NCBI RefSeq assembly: GCF_006345805.1
Contig: NC_043004.1
Span: 105,214,001-105,278,000, forward strand
Source: Octopus sinensis
Taxonomy: Eukaryota
Direction: 5' to 3'
DNA: 64,000 bases
Shown: in pieces, positions 1 to 11,204 of the stretch
How the letters are laid out: the number at the start of each line of letters is the position of its first letter
Numbering within the stretch: the first letter of the stretch is position 1
Notes under the pieces: generated by a model
Seen by the model: only the letters and a program-made list of their open reading frames with translations
Told to the model about the DNA's origin: nothing
The model's database searches: none
Program-made: the position numbers and the translations under genes

Positions 1-172
1 AAGTTTATCACCATCATCATCAATTATTTATTTTTCTATATCCTTTTGTCATATCCTTGTTGCTGCTGTGTCTTTTTTTTGAACAATGAAAACTGCACCT
101 GTTTGTGTTTTGTATCTTGTCCTTTGATATTGCCTTCAATGCTTTCGGCCCTTAAATAAAGGGTAAGGGGAG

Positions 173-255
173 GAGACCCCTTTCACTCATGAATGACCAT
201 GGGATTGTATCTAGAAAGTTCCCCTCCAAGGTGCAAGTCCGGGCAAGGTGGTTAT
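173..255 (-). mobile_element. SINE family D, 3' part; split by the LTR element
   Basis: Joins 1348-1592 across the insertion (empty site aaggtg-GTTAT-ggaggacc) to give one continuous SINE. Confidence 0.7.
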
Positions 256-451
256 TGTGATGAGAGATAGACGATCTGAGTGAGTTTGAAAGGTCTGGAG
301 TTGAGTGAAGTTTGTGTTGGTCGGAAGGTGTTGGTTGGCCAATTCACAAGGAATATTGATTGCTAGTTTGTAAAGAGATTTGTTAGTTCTTCACATTGTT
401 GCTACTGTTGTCTGGTTATCTTATTGTACATAACAGAATTACGTTACAACA
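256..451 (+). repeat. 5' LTR
   Basis: tgtgatgaga...gttacaaca; shares ttcacaaggaatattgattg and tactgttgtctggtt blocks with 1123-1347. Confidence 0.8.
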
Positions 452-521
452 TCTGGTGATGAAGGTTTTGAAGCTCACATAGGTTATTTAACAATTTGTT
501 TATGATACAACTTGTTAAATA

Positions 522-1012
522 ATGGAAGACCCATTGGCTTCCAGAGTACAGTTGAGTGAAGCTAGAACATGAGCAGCAACAGGAGTTGCAGATGCAACTA
601 TTACTGCAACAACAACCACAACAACAACAACAGTTATTGGAGCTACATTCAAAGAAGTCCAAAAATAAGTTAGATTCATTTTCGCCAGATGGCGTTTCCA
701 ACTCGATTAATGAATTCAGTTATAACCCGGAGGAGTGAATAACTTTCGCATCATACTCCAGAAGGTATGAGAAGATTTTTAAGCAAGATTGCAAATCATG
801 GTCAGATGAACAAAAAGTGAGATTGTTATTGGGAAAATAAGAGCATGAACGTTGGTGCAATTTCATATTGCCCAAAAAACCCAATGAAATTTGTTTGAAA
901 GAAATAATAGAATTACTGTCTTACATATTTGATGATTAGACTTCTCTATTTAACATTGTTGGAATATAACGAGAAAAGAGAATGATGACTTTATTATCTA
1001 TGCAGGAACAGT
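522..1012 (+). pseudogene. Decayed gag-like ORF of the LTR element
   Basis: Fragments read MEDPL...QQQLLELH...SNSINEFSYNPEE*ITFASY.RRYEKIF..DCKSWSDEQKVRLLLGK..ILPKKPNEI, resembling invertebrate Gypsy (K02A2.6-like) gag; stops and frameshifts. Confidence 0.7.
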
Positions 1013-1122
1013 GAGCAACAGCTAAAAAAGAAAAAAAAAAAGAGAGGGAGAGATGGTTGAAAGAAATAAAAATAAAAGAAATTCCACTTTCTCACAGAAG
1101 TCGAAATCTCAGAAGCGGGGAA

Positions 1123-1347
1123 TGTTGTGATGAGACTTACAACGCCCCCTTGCGAGAGAGACTGGTCCGAGTAAAGTATAAATAGTAACGATCCGAGTGG
1201 TTCAGAGTTTGGAGTCAAGTGAAGTCAGTTGGTTAGTTCACAAGGAATATTGATTGTTGGTTCAAAAAAGATTTATTAGTTCATTACATTGATTTTACTG
1301 TTGTCTGGTTGTCTTATTTATTGTACGTAACAAATTACGTAACAACA
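1123..1347 (+). repeat. 3' LTR, preceded by a polypurine tract (1111-1122 agaagcggggaa)
   Basis: tgttgtgatgaga...gtaacaaca (TG...CA ends); contains tataaa. Confidence 0.8.
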
Positions 1348-1592
1348 GTTATGGAGGACCAGCAGTCACCCATGCTTACCAGTCTCCCCTCTCCATGCTA
1401 CTGATGTTGTCCAAGAAAAAAGCAAAGGGTGATACAGCTTAGTACTAGTGACATCACAGCTAATTTCTTCAACTAATTAAACTGGAGCAATGTCAAATAA
1501 AGTGTCTTGCTCAAAAACACAGCCTGGTCTGGGAATCAAGCTCACATCCTCATGATTGTAAGCCCAATGCTGTAACCACTTAGCCATGTGCC
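1348..1592 (-). mobile_element. SINE family D, 5' part with tRNA-like head
   Basis: Minus strand begins ggcacatggctaagtggttacagc (A box), then a B-box-like segment and ttgagcaagacactttatttgacattgctccagt, shared with 7998 and 62054. Confidence 0.75.
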
Positions 1593-2195
1593 AATAAAAT
1601 ATATTATAGTGGCAAAAATGGCTACAGTGAAAGGCCCTACTCTAAGTTTTCGCCTATAAATTGGAGAGCATGAGGGAGGGCTCATGTCTTAGACAGAGTA
1701 ATCTTGGATCAGTGGGGTTTCTTGATTGGCCCTAGTTGGAGTTTATCCTACATCAGAAGCCTTTATGTAAATCCCCACTGAAATTGTAGTCTGTCCATGT
1801 GATGTCCCCTTCATCTATGTTCCTGTGGTTAACAAAAGAAATTATTATTATTGGCAGTGGTGGTGATGCTTTATTTTATTTTCCACAGAGGCATCGGAGG
1901 AAGGTTACATATAGTTTTGTGGGTTTTCATAAGAGAGTATGAAAAGAAGAAAAATAATAAAAATTGAAAAATCATTATATGTGTTTAATTATCCAGAAAT
2001 ATCTTGAAAATGCAACAGAATAAGTATATATTGTATATAGATTGGTAGATTTCATACAACATTCTACATTATGTGTAACATGTATTTTCCTATCCAGAGT
2101 TGTATGCATAGTATTTGTTATCTTAGTTTATGTTAGGTTTAAAGTATGGAAGTATATATGTGTATTATATGCACAAAATCACCCTCAAACCCCCC

Positions 2196-2231
<36 letters not shown>

Positions 2232-2884
2232 TCTGGCTCTAGTTACTAATCCTCACCATCCTGACTCCCCAGTTCCTATTAAGGTATCTCTTTCCTCTTT
2301 TTCCCCCAATCTCTATTTCCACTCTCTGCTCTCAAAGCAGCTGCTGTTTAAGCCCACAACTGCTTATGTGGCATGTGATGTTTGAATGACAAAAAAGACA
2401 GACAGTAACCAAAAGGAAAAAAAAAAGGAGAAAAAAATAGAAATTAGACCCTAGGTGATGAATCCCTTTCATGTTCTGATGATAGCAGGTCACTAAGCCG
2501 GGGAGAGTGGGGGATTCAACCACAGCTTTCAAATGAATGGGTGGTATACTATTGTTTAATCAATGTAGGTGGGCCTGGTGGAGGTAGTGGTCATAGTGAT
2601 GAGCTATAGTGCATGTGCCAGAATAAATTATGTACATATTTAATTTGCACGTTTCCTTGTCATCATACATGCAAACGATGCAAATAATAATCAATGGAGT
2701 GTAATTTATCATGTTATTATATTAGAGAAACATGAAAGTTGCATATTTATTATTATTATTACAATTACTTGGCAGAATTGTGAGACAAAAAAGTACTTAG
2801 AGTATTTCTTCCTGCAAAGGTTAATTTTACCTATCATCCTTGCCTTCATGAGCTAGTTTTCCACTACATTTCTTAAAAATTGTG

Positions 2885-3135
2885 GTAGAGGCCTTGGTCG
2901 CTGGATCACTCATGTCTAGAAACTGAGGCTGGAGGTAAGCAAAGGCATGCTCCCCATAGAACATCCAGCTCCAGAAAAGCCTCATGATAGCAAAAGAGAA
3001 TGGGCACTAGCCAGCCCAAAAGTTGGGGTAGGCTGCACCTGCCTACCTCAGTTGGTATGGCATTGAGGTAGATCCGGCCACCCCTGTTAACGGGGACAAA
3101 ATCTGGATTCAAAACACTGGATGATGATAATGATC
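2885..3135 (+). mobile_element. Short retroelement 3' end with (GAT)n-like tail
   Basis: GC-richer block ending ctggatgatgataatgat; family not resolved. Confidence 0.35.
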
Positions 3136-4010
3136 CATATAGGACTTGATAAAATAAAGTACCAGTCAAATACTGGGTTCAATGATATGAACTCACTCAC
3201 TCCCATCAAAATGTCAGGCTTTATGCCTACCTGGAATGTCATCAGGCACTGGCTGCCTTCTAATAGTTGGGCAATGAGGTTGATTGAATTTCTACATTAG
3301 CAGTATGTAGAAAGCTAGTGGTGGATAAGAGCAATAATGAACTAGCTGATCCATTTTAGATGACTTACAGGTCCAATACTACTATGGATAACTTAGAGAA
3401 ATCCTTGGCCTGATAGTGCTATTGAGGAGTTCTGCCAGTTCAAGATAAAATTTTACAGGCATGGAAATGTTGCCTAGTGGGACTGTTTGATATGCACATA
3501 GTGATTAAACCACATTGCACATATTCATGTAGCATCTGAACATTGCTGACATGTGGAGTTATGTTGAACAGCTGTTATCACTTGTGGGATGAATCTGACT
3601 CCTGACTGAATCTTTAACAATGCAGGGCAGGTGGTGTTGACAACTATTAATTTTTCCCCTAATTTTCCTTTAAGGTTTAGGTAAAATGACCAAGCATTTT
3701 GTTTTTATAGATACAGGTTAGGCTGTGTAGTTAAGAAGCTTGCTTTTCAACCATGTGGTTTGGGATTCAGTTCCACTGCGAGGCACCTTGGGTAGATTGT
3801 ATTCTATAACAATCCTGGGTTGACCAATGCCTTGTGAGTGAATTTGGTAGATGGAAACAGTGTGGAAGCTCATCACACACACAAATGTATGTGTTTCTCC
3901 CCCACCACTTGACAGCCAGTGTTAGTTTGTTTACTTTGTAACTTAGCAATTTGCCAAAAGAGAATGATAGGATAAGTACCAGATTTAAAAATTAGTACTG
4001 GAGTTGATTT

Positions 4011-4466
4011 TATTTTGTCAACTTAATGTGACAGTCCCATGAAAGGGAAGAATGCTACTGTTATTTAGCTCTAGGAAACACTGTTTCCTGGTTGGACTTG
4101 ACACATTTCCTGTGTCCTTATGTTTTCAAAGTGGAGACAAGCACCTCCATCCAGCAAAGCCAGCAGCCAGAGACTAGTTTCAGAGTCATTGCTCATCATC
4201 AGTCTGGAGTAGCATGGCTTGCTAGTTGTCGGTGCCTATCCGCCTTTGAAAACATATATATTTCAAGTGAAATACATTCACTGATTTTTGAAAATAGAAA
4301 TAATACATATACAAATAATCCAGCAGGAAATGGTGTTTCCTAGAGCTAAACAACAGTAGCATTCTTCCCTTTCATGGGACTGTCACATTAAGTTGACAAC
4401 ATACTATCACTTTATCGTGCTGCTACTGCATAAATCTCTCTGAGAGATTTAGAAATGTATTATTTA
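4011..4466 (-). mobile_element. Fold-back mini-element, Penelope-like pLTR derivative, 10-bp TSD
   Basis: Inverted arms ~4015-4100 and ~4315-4399; gagttgattt at 4001-4010 and 4467-4476; hammerhead motif in the loop; right side ~65 bp longer. Confidence 0.7.
4167..4207 (-). ncRNA. Minimal type I hammerhead ribozyme motif
   Basis: Minus strand CCAGA-CUGAUGA-UGAGcaaugaCUCU-GAAAC-UA-GUC-UCUGG: 5-bp stem I, intact core, 3-bp stem II with a U.U at its base, palindromic stem III (ACUAGU), GUC cleavage triplet. Confidence 0.7.
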
Positions 4467-4951
4467 GAGTTGATTTGTTTGACTAAATCCTCCACAGACA
4501 GGGCCTCAGCATGGTCAGGCCCCAGTGCCTGTAACAAGTAAAAAATAAGATGACATCAAAACATGAGACACTGATGTGGAAAGTGTCATCTGTCTTTACT
4601 ACATTACAGAATAAGAACAAGAAGCTTAATAAACATACATGATGTATGGCTTTGCTTTTCATTGGATACTTATATTTTCTCTAAGAAGAATGGCAGGAAA
4701 TTATTTCCTTTGCTATGGAAAAGAAGTGAATGACCCATTAATATAAAGCTTTTGTGATCATTATCATTGCAATAAATTTTAGATAGTTGATCCAGGCAGA
4801 GGAATAGAGTGCTGGACTATAGACTATAGAGTTCAGATACTGCCATGTTTGGCTTTGTTGTCATTAAAATAAGTATTAGTTATGTTCTGCTTGTTTTGGT
4901 TGACTTTATATCTCACCTCTACTCAGTTTTTTAATAAATTGTAAAATGAAC

Positions 4952-5375
4952 TTTGTTTTATTTTGGGATGGTCATTTTCTTTGTTTTTGGCTTTAGCCAA
5001 ATAATCACATACTCATTCTTCACTTCAGATTTGTCATTGTTCTTATTTTATTGTCCCTTGTTTGAAAACCTTTTGTCACACATCCTGTCACTTCTTCATT
5101 GACTCTCCATCCCATGTGTCTCCTTGTTCTGTTTAAGTCCATTGGATCAAACAGAACAGGAGGAGATATGTGGGATGGTGTCACTGAAGAAGTGGCAGGA
5201 TGTGTGAGGAAAGGTTTTCAAACAAGAGACAATATATTTTGTACAATAATAAATCTAGTGCAAAGAACGAGTATATAGTGCATGTGTTTATTTGGCTAAA
5301 AAAAAAAAAAGACCATCCTGAAATATAACAAATCTGTTTCAACTCACCAGGGATCTTGTAAAACAAATCTATAAA
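4952..5375. mobile_element. Second fold-back element, 12-bp TSD
   Basis: Arms ~4966-5134 and ~5149-5318 with a 14-nt spacer; tgtaaaatgaac at 4940-4951 and 5376-5387; right side ~55 bp longer. Confidence 0.7.
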
Positions 5376-5464
5376 TGTAAAATGAACATTTCTCCTATAG
5401 ATATTTCTTTTGGTTCTCTGATTAAAAAAAAGAAATTATATGAGTGACTGCTGTTGAATCTTAA

Positions 5465-6554
5465 CCCTTTCGTTACGAAACTGCCCAAAGCCGCCCGAAA
5501 AAAGTTTTGGTTAATGTGACCAAACCGCCCAAACCCGCCCGTATTTACCTATTCATATTTAAATGAGAATATCAGAGCAAATCTCTTTAGTACATTCGTG
5601 AAAACACGTATTATACTTCGTAAACAGTCCATCTACAGTTTTGTACAAAAATCGAAGTGTAATTTTAATTCCGTGAATTTTGGGAGATTTTTTTCCGAAA
5701 TTTGTTCCTATTGTGTTTTCAAAATTTGTAATTCTGACAAAAAATGGAAACGAATTTCATTATATCAAGCAGCGAGTCAGAATTCGAAGGATTTTCTACT
5801 GAAGACCTTGATAAATCTAACTCTATGACTGAAAAAAAAAAGCACGTGGTATTTGATAATGAATCTGATGTTTCATTTTCCGAAAGTGAAAACAGTGAAT
5901 CCGAGAGCTCCGACAGCGATAAAGAAAATGAATTGGTACCTGAATGGAGTGAAAATTTAAAAACTGTTTCTTTCGGTGATTTTTCTGAAGAAACTGGACC
6001 AAGCCACAGACTTTCCCAGGAGAGTAAAGCCTTAGACTATTTCTTTTTACTTTTTCGAATGAGCCTATTTGAAATCATTACGGCGGAAACGAACCGTTAC
6101 GCTAAATGTAAACAAAGCGAAAGAAAGGATAGTTTGTGGTTTCCCACAACCTTAAATGAAATTAAGACTATTTTGCCATAAATATTATTATGGGTATCAG
6201 AAAGTTACCCAGAATAACAAATTCTATTGTAAAATTTTGTTGTATACCCAATTGAATATTAGCTAATAACCCATTTTCTATAGCGATGTTTGAACAACAA
6301 AATTTTAATAATTTTATATTTTGTTGAATTTACCTGTATCTACCTGCAATTAGAGTCACTTTGTGACAAAAATTATAGTATAGAATTGGTTGAGAACATT
6401 TCATTAAATTATCTTCCAAAAAATCACATTAATATATTGATAAATAAAAAAGTTATAATTGTTTAATGAAACCAGACTAAATTTATGATTATGTTAGAAA
6501 TTAATTGAAACACATAAGGGGTGTATTTTGGTCAGAAATATAGTAACGAAAGGG
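5465..6554 (+). mobile_element. Internally deleted piggyBac transposon
   Basis: TTAA (5461-5464) CCCTTTCGTTAC ... GTAACGAAAGGG TTAA (6555-6558); subterminal aaaccgcccaaacccgccc-type repeats; transposase N-terminus inside. Confidence 0.92.
5744..6235 (+). pseudogene. piggyBac transposase N-terminal remnant (PGBD4-like)
   Basis: 145-aa ORF with an acidic Ser-rich N-terminus and ALDYFFLLF..IITAETNRYA..WFPTTLNEIK; after a frameshift INIIMGIRKLP; DDD domain absent. Confidence 0.85.
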
Positions 6555-6894
6555 TTAATGATATTTATTTTATAAACTCTCCCCAAATAGGTGTTGAGCC
6601 ATCGGGGTTTATATTTGGTTTAATCTTCCCAATAGAATTGCTCAGTTATTTTATATTGCCTTTAGTGATTGATAGCATTGCTGGTCATAAGTTTCTGACT
6701 GGTCATAAGTTTCTGACTGGTCAGTCACTTGGTTCACTTCATTTTCTGTCAGTGAAATTAATAGGGAAGTCTCTATAGTTCACTGCAAAACCTATATTAC
6801 AAGGGCCTTCATTCAAAGAGCTTCAGTTTTTCAGTTTTCTCATTGATGTATATCAATGAAAAACAATAAACTGAAAGTATGTGTGTGTATAACA

Positions 6895-7480
6895 TTTTCA
6901 TCATCATTTAACATCCATTTTCCATGCTGGCATGGGTTGGACTGTTTAACAGGACCTGGCCAACTGAAGTAACTGTCTAGGCTCCATGTCCGTTTTGACA
7001 TGGTTTCTATGGCTGGATGCCCTTCATAATGCCAACCAGTTAACAGAGTGTACTAGGTGCTTTTATGCAGCACTGGCATTGGTGCATTTCCATGGCAATA
7101 GTATGGGTGTTTTTTCCATGGTGGCATCAGTACCCACAAGCCTACAACATTAGGAACACTCAGCTGGAGAGGGATGTGGGGGACATGTCTGTATGCAAGG
7201 ACAACCAAGCTTTTACTTAGCTTGATGTGTCTGCTCAAGCACAACAAACTGCCAGGAGGCTCGGTCCCTTGTCATCTCTCTGTGAGGCCCAACATCTGAA
7301 GATCCTTTTTCACCAATTCATCCCACGTCTTCCTGGGACTGACTACCCCTTCCACATGCTCCCTTGACAATTAGAGATTGGTATCTCTTGATGCAACTGT
7401 CTTCATATGCATTACATAACTGTACCAGTGCAGTCTTCTCTAGCCTTCTGGCTGAAACTTCAAAGTTACTGTCACCCCTT
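6895..7480 (-). mobile_element. RTE-type LINE 3' fragment ending in the family B (GAT)n tail
   Basis: Minus strand gives RLHWYSYVMHM...PRKTWDELVKKDLQMLGLTE (RTE RT C-terminus), then the shared 3' module ending atgatgatg. Confidence 0.7.
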
Positions 7481-7627
7481 TTCTTGTAATAGTATAATAG
7501 ATATATACTCTACAAAAAATATTGAGTAATTCTTCAGTTTAATATTAAATTATTTTTATTATAACTTGGCATAAAAATGCACGCATTACATATATATATA
7601 TACACACACACACACATACACACATAC

Positions 7628-7996
7628 ATAAAAAAGCACCATCTGAGTGTGGTCAATAGCAGTGCCACCTGACTGGCTCCTGTACTGGTGACACATAAAA
7701 GGCACCATTCAAGCATGGTCAGTGCCATTGCTGCCTGACTGGCTCCCATGCTGGTGGCATGTAAAAAGCACCATCTGAGTGTGGTCATTGCCATTGCTGC
7801 TTGACTAGCCCCCATGCCAGTGGCATGTAATAAGAACCTACTAAACTCTGAGTGGTTGGCATTAGGAACGGCATCCAGCTGTAGAACCTTGCCAAAACAG
7901 ATTGGAGCCTGGTGCAGCCACCTGGCTTACCAGTCCTCAGTCAGACCGTCCAACTCATGCCAGCATGGAAAGTAGATGTTAAAAGATGATGATGAT
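7628..7996 (+). mobile_element. SINE family B with three ~70-bp tandem 5' units
   Basis: Repeated aaaaagcaccat..gtggtca..gcc..tgactggctccc; core gagtggttggcattaggaacggcatccagctgtagaa; tail gatgatgat. Confidence 0.75.
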
Positions 7997-7997
7997 A

Positions 7998-8306
7998 GGC
8001 GTGTGGCTTAGTGGTTAGGATATTCGGCTCATGATTGTGGGCTCATGAATTCAATTCCCAATGGCACATCGTGTCCTTGTACAAGACCCTTTATTCTATG
8101 CTGCTCCAATCCACTCAGCTGACAAAAAGGAGTAGTACCTGTATTTCAAAGAGCCAGCCATGTCACACTGTGTATCATGCTGAATCTCCTAGAGAACTAA
8201 ATTAAGGGCACGCGTGCCTGTGGAGTGCTCAGTCACATGCACATTAATTTCATGAGCAGGCTGTTCCATTGATTAGATCAACTGGAACCCTTGTCATCAT
8301 AACTGA
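7998..8306 (+). mobile_element. SINE family D
   Basis: ggcgtgtggcttagtggttagg (A box), aattcaattccc (B-box-like), gtgtccttgtacaagacc..gctccaatccactcagctg. Confidence 0.7.
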
Positions 8307-8327
8307 AAGAGAGCCAGTATATATATA

Positions 8328-8358
<31 letters not shown>

Positions 8359-9054
8359 TTTTTTTTCTTTTTCTGTATTTTTGAGATGAGGAATCATATG
8401 TCTGAAAAATAAAAGAGGTGATATTCATGCTTGGATATGCTTGACCATAGATATCCTTGATACTAAACCATAACAGCAACAATAATAACAATAATTTTTA
8501 CACCAACTTTTTCATATTAGCATCGGTTAGTTGAATTTTTACAGTGTGCATTAGTTCTTTCTTGGAAATATTGCTTTTCTAGACAAGTCAGGAACCATAT
8601 CTTACTCATATGTCCTATATGTTGACATGAATTCCTTTTCTAATGCAAACTACTTTGCTGAATGTACTGGATTCATTTTATTTTGCCTCTAACCATAGAA
8701 AGGTTATCTTGTCCCCAGCAAGATTAAATAGTTTTCTCTATTTTGTCTTTATTTATTCACCAACCAATTATAGTAATAATAATTACTGTATAATTTCCTA
8801 AGAATTAGGTCATTTCTACACGGTTGTCGAGAGAATTTTAATTCTCTTTTCTGGTTGAATCAATCATGTGACGAGTAATTCTTTCCCATAGTGCATTTTT
8901 GTCATGACTGAGTTTTATTCCTTTCTGCGGTAGAGAAAATTAAAAGATTTAAAGCTTAACTTTAGAATATATTTACTAGTGTTGGCTTTGTATCCATTCT
9001 GATGTGCACTCAGGTAACACTGATGGATAAAGAAAATTTATTTCAGTTTGAAGA

Positions 9055-9098
<44 letters not shown>

Positions 9099-9551
9099 CC
9101 TCACTTTTTTTTTTTACAATGTGTGTATACAAAGAAGTATTGCAACCTATTTAGATTTAAATGTCACATAGGTGGATTGTTGTTTTGGCAATATTTGCTT
9201 CAGGATAATTATCTAATTAAAGTACTATCTTCTGTCAAACAACAATCCCTACTCTATCTCTTTCTCTTCTTCATTTTAACTTATAGCCTTTTGGAAACAA
9301 ACTTAATAGCATTTGGGACTCAGCTGATTCACTGACCCATAATTTCAGTTTGAGGTGAAATTGTGCTCCAGGATCTGAATGAACTTTGACCTTATCTTCT
9401 AGTTATGGCTTATACCTTTAGGTAATTAAAAGTGGTTTGATTTTATTTGTGTGTGCCAGACAAATTAGTTAAATGAGTGAATTTCTATGTCACCTATGCT
9501 CTGTTTAATTCCTGCACCTAGGGAAGAAATGTTAACTATTTCTTAGGAGTT

Positions 9552-9770
9552 TTAACCCTTTTGCAACCATATTTCTCATGAAGTACATAACCCATGTCTT
9601 TTAATTGATTTAAAAATTAATTTGGTGTTTGGAAGGGTTTAGTAACGTAACTTTTTTGTTGGGGTATTGTTTGGAACATAAGATAGTTTTTAATGAAATT
9701 ATGAGGGAGTATTTTAGTTTAAATAGACACAATTTTAAATAAGAATATTTGTATCATAGAACAGATTTAA
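9552..9770 (+). mobile_element. piggyBac-type MITE, subfamily B, truncated by a SINE B fragment
   Basis: ttaacccttttgcaaccatattt start; body matches 35054 and 44785. Confidence 0.55.
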
Positions 9771-11204
9771 CAGGAATTGGCAAGCTGGAGGGCTGCACCT
9801 GACTCCTGTCATCTGTTTTGGCAAGATTTCTAAGGCTGGATATCTTTCCTAATGCCAACTACTTTACAGTGTACTGGGTGCTTTTTACAGAATTTTTTTT
9901 TAACATCAAAATGTATGAGGAAACAAAGTCTAGGTGTGGGAAATATCCACACCCAACATTTTTTTTTTCACAATTGAATTCCAGTATAATTTTAATCTAC
10001 ACCTAAAAGGCATTTGTAGAAAATTACATTAAAAAATATCCATTTTTCTAAAAGCTACGAAGAAGCAAAGTCAAGAATTATCTGAAACTCTTCTCACTCT
10101 ATTTATAAAAAAACATTTTCACAACAGATTCCAATATAATTATAATTTAATCATTCCTTAAATTAAAAAATGAATTGAATTGCAATGATTTTCAATGTAA
10201 AATGATATTGGAGGTCATGAACACCAATTTGATATGTAAAAGAGCAACTGATCCACCACTGGGACTGTTGCAGTTTTCATTCTCAAATTGTTATTTATAA
10301 AAATAATTATGTTAATGTTTATAATTTTATAAATGTTAAAATAGAAAAAAATAAACTAATTAGCTTCTTCCATGTTTATTCTTTTTCTTTTCTTTGTCTC
10401 CCTCTCTTTCTCTTTCTTGGCTATTTTGGTTTTAATGTAAATTAGCCATATTTTAGAATCCTCTTCTGTTCTATGTGGGTTCATGTTTGTGCAAAGCAAC
10501 TTGTAGAATTGTAGAAGTTGAGGCATCTACTTTGCAAGTTGATTGCTTAGTATGAAACTGGAAAGCTTTGAAATTATTTGTTACTGCAGAGAGATGAAAT
10601 ATAAAACATTCTAAGATCTGAAGATTTTAAAGCAAAAATTTTAATAAAATAAAATTGATAATAAACCCTACCTTGTTTCCTAGTCTCTCTCCTGCCTCCC
10701 AATTTTCCCTTCCAATTCCAGGTCAATTTGGTGCTTTTTTTACAAAATTATTTTGTCAATATGTATTCAGAGCAGAGACCAGATAATTACCTTTACGAAG
10801 TGGTCAATTATGACAAAATTATGCATTGAATTTGTTATTTTGCCAAGATCGTGTTTCATAAACTCATCACACTCCATACAGAAATGCAAGTCTCACTTTC
10901 AAACGGAACTTATTAGAGTGTTGTTAATGCAGCGTTATAGATTGAGACTCTGCTGATATTTTTGTTCCAGTTGATGACTTGTTAAGGATCAGTTACTTTA
11001 AGTCAGACTAATCAATTGAAAGATGGATGGCTGTGGAGTCTGTAAAAAAAAAAAAATGATCAGTTTCATGTTGACCTCAGAGTTGTTTGTTAGCTTTCTG
11101 ATACATAAAATCAATATTTTCCCAAATCATTCTCGGTTGTGTAAAGCATTTTTTATTTCATTTGTGCAATTTTGTCATCACCATCAATAGAACAAGTTAG
11201 TAGT

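Larger units (their letters stand above)
256..1347 (+). mobile_element. Internally deleted Gypsy-like LTR retroelement (two LTRs, gag remnant, pol lost)
   Basis: Two related direct repeats starting TGTGATGAGA and ending ACAACA; GTTAT at 251-255 and 1348-1352; PBS-like tctggtgatgaagg after the 5' LTR; purine tract before the 3' LTR; gag-like peptide between. Confidence 0.85.
3716..4548 (+). mobile_element. SINE family A, interrupted at 4011-4466
   Basis: Head ggctgtgtagttaagaagcttgc...gggattcagttccactg; the sequence resumes after the duplicated gagttgattt. Confidence 0.8.

Noticed and set aside
444-738. Poly-Cys (minus) and poly-Gln (plus) ORFs
   Set aside because: Both come from the (CAA/CAG)n tract in the decayed gag.
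6521-6778. 85-aa ORF with an 18-bp tandem duplication, next to the piggyBac
   Set aside because: The start lies in the transposon end, there is no donor site and no recognisable homology.
10791-11039. Minus-strand segment with excellent splice sites (poly-T acag ... AAG|gtaatt)
   Set aside because: Stops in all three frames, so it is not an internal coding exon; a UTR or non-coding exon cannot be excluded.
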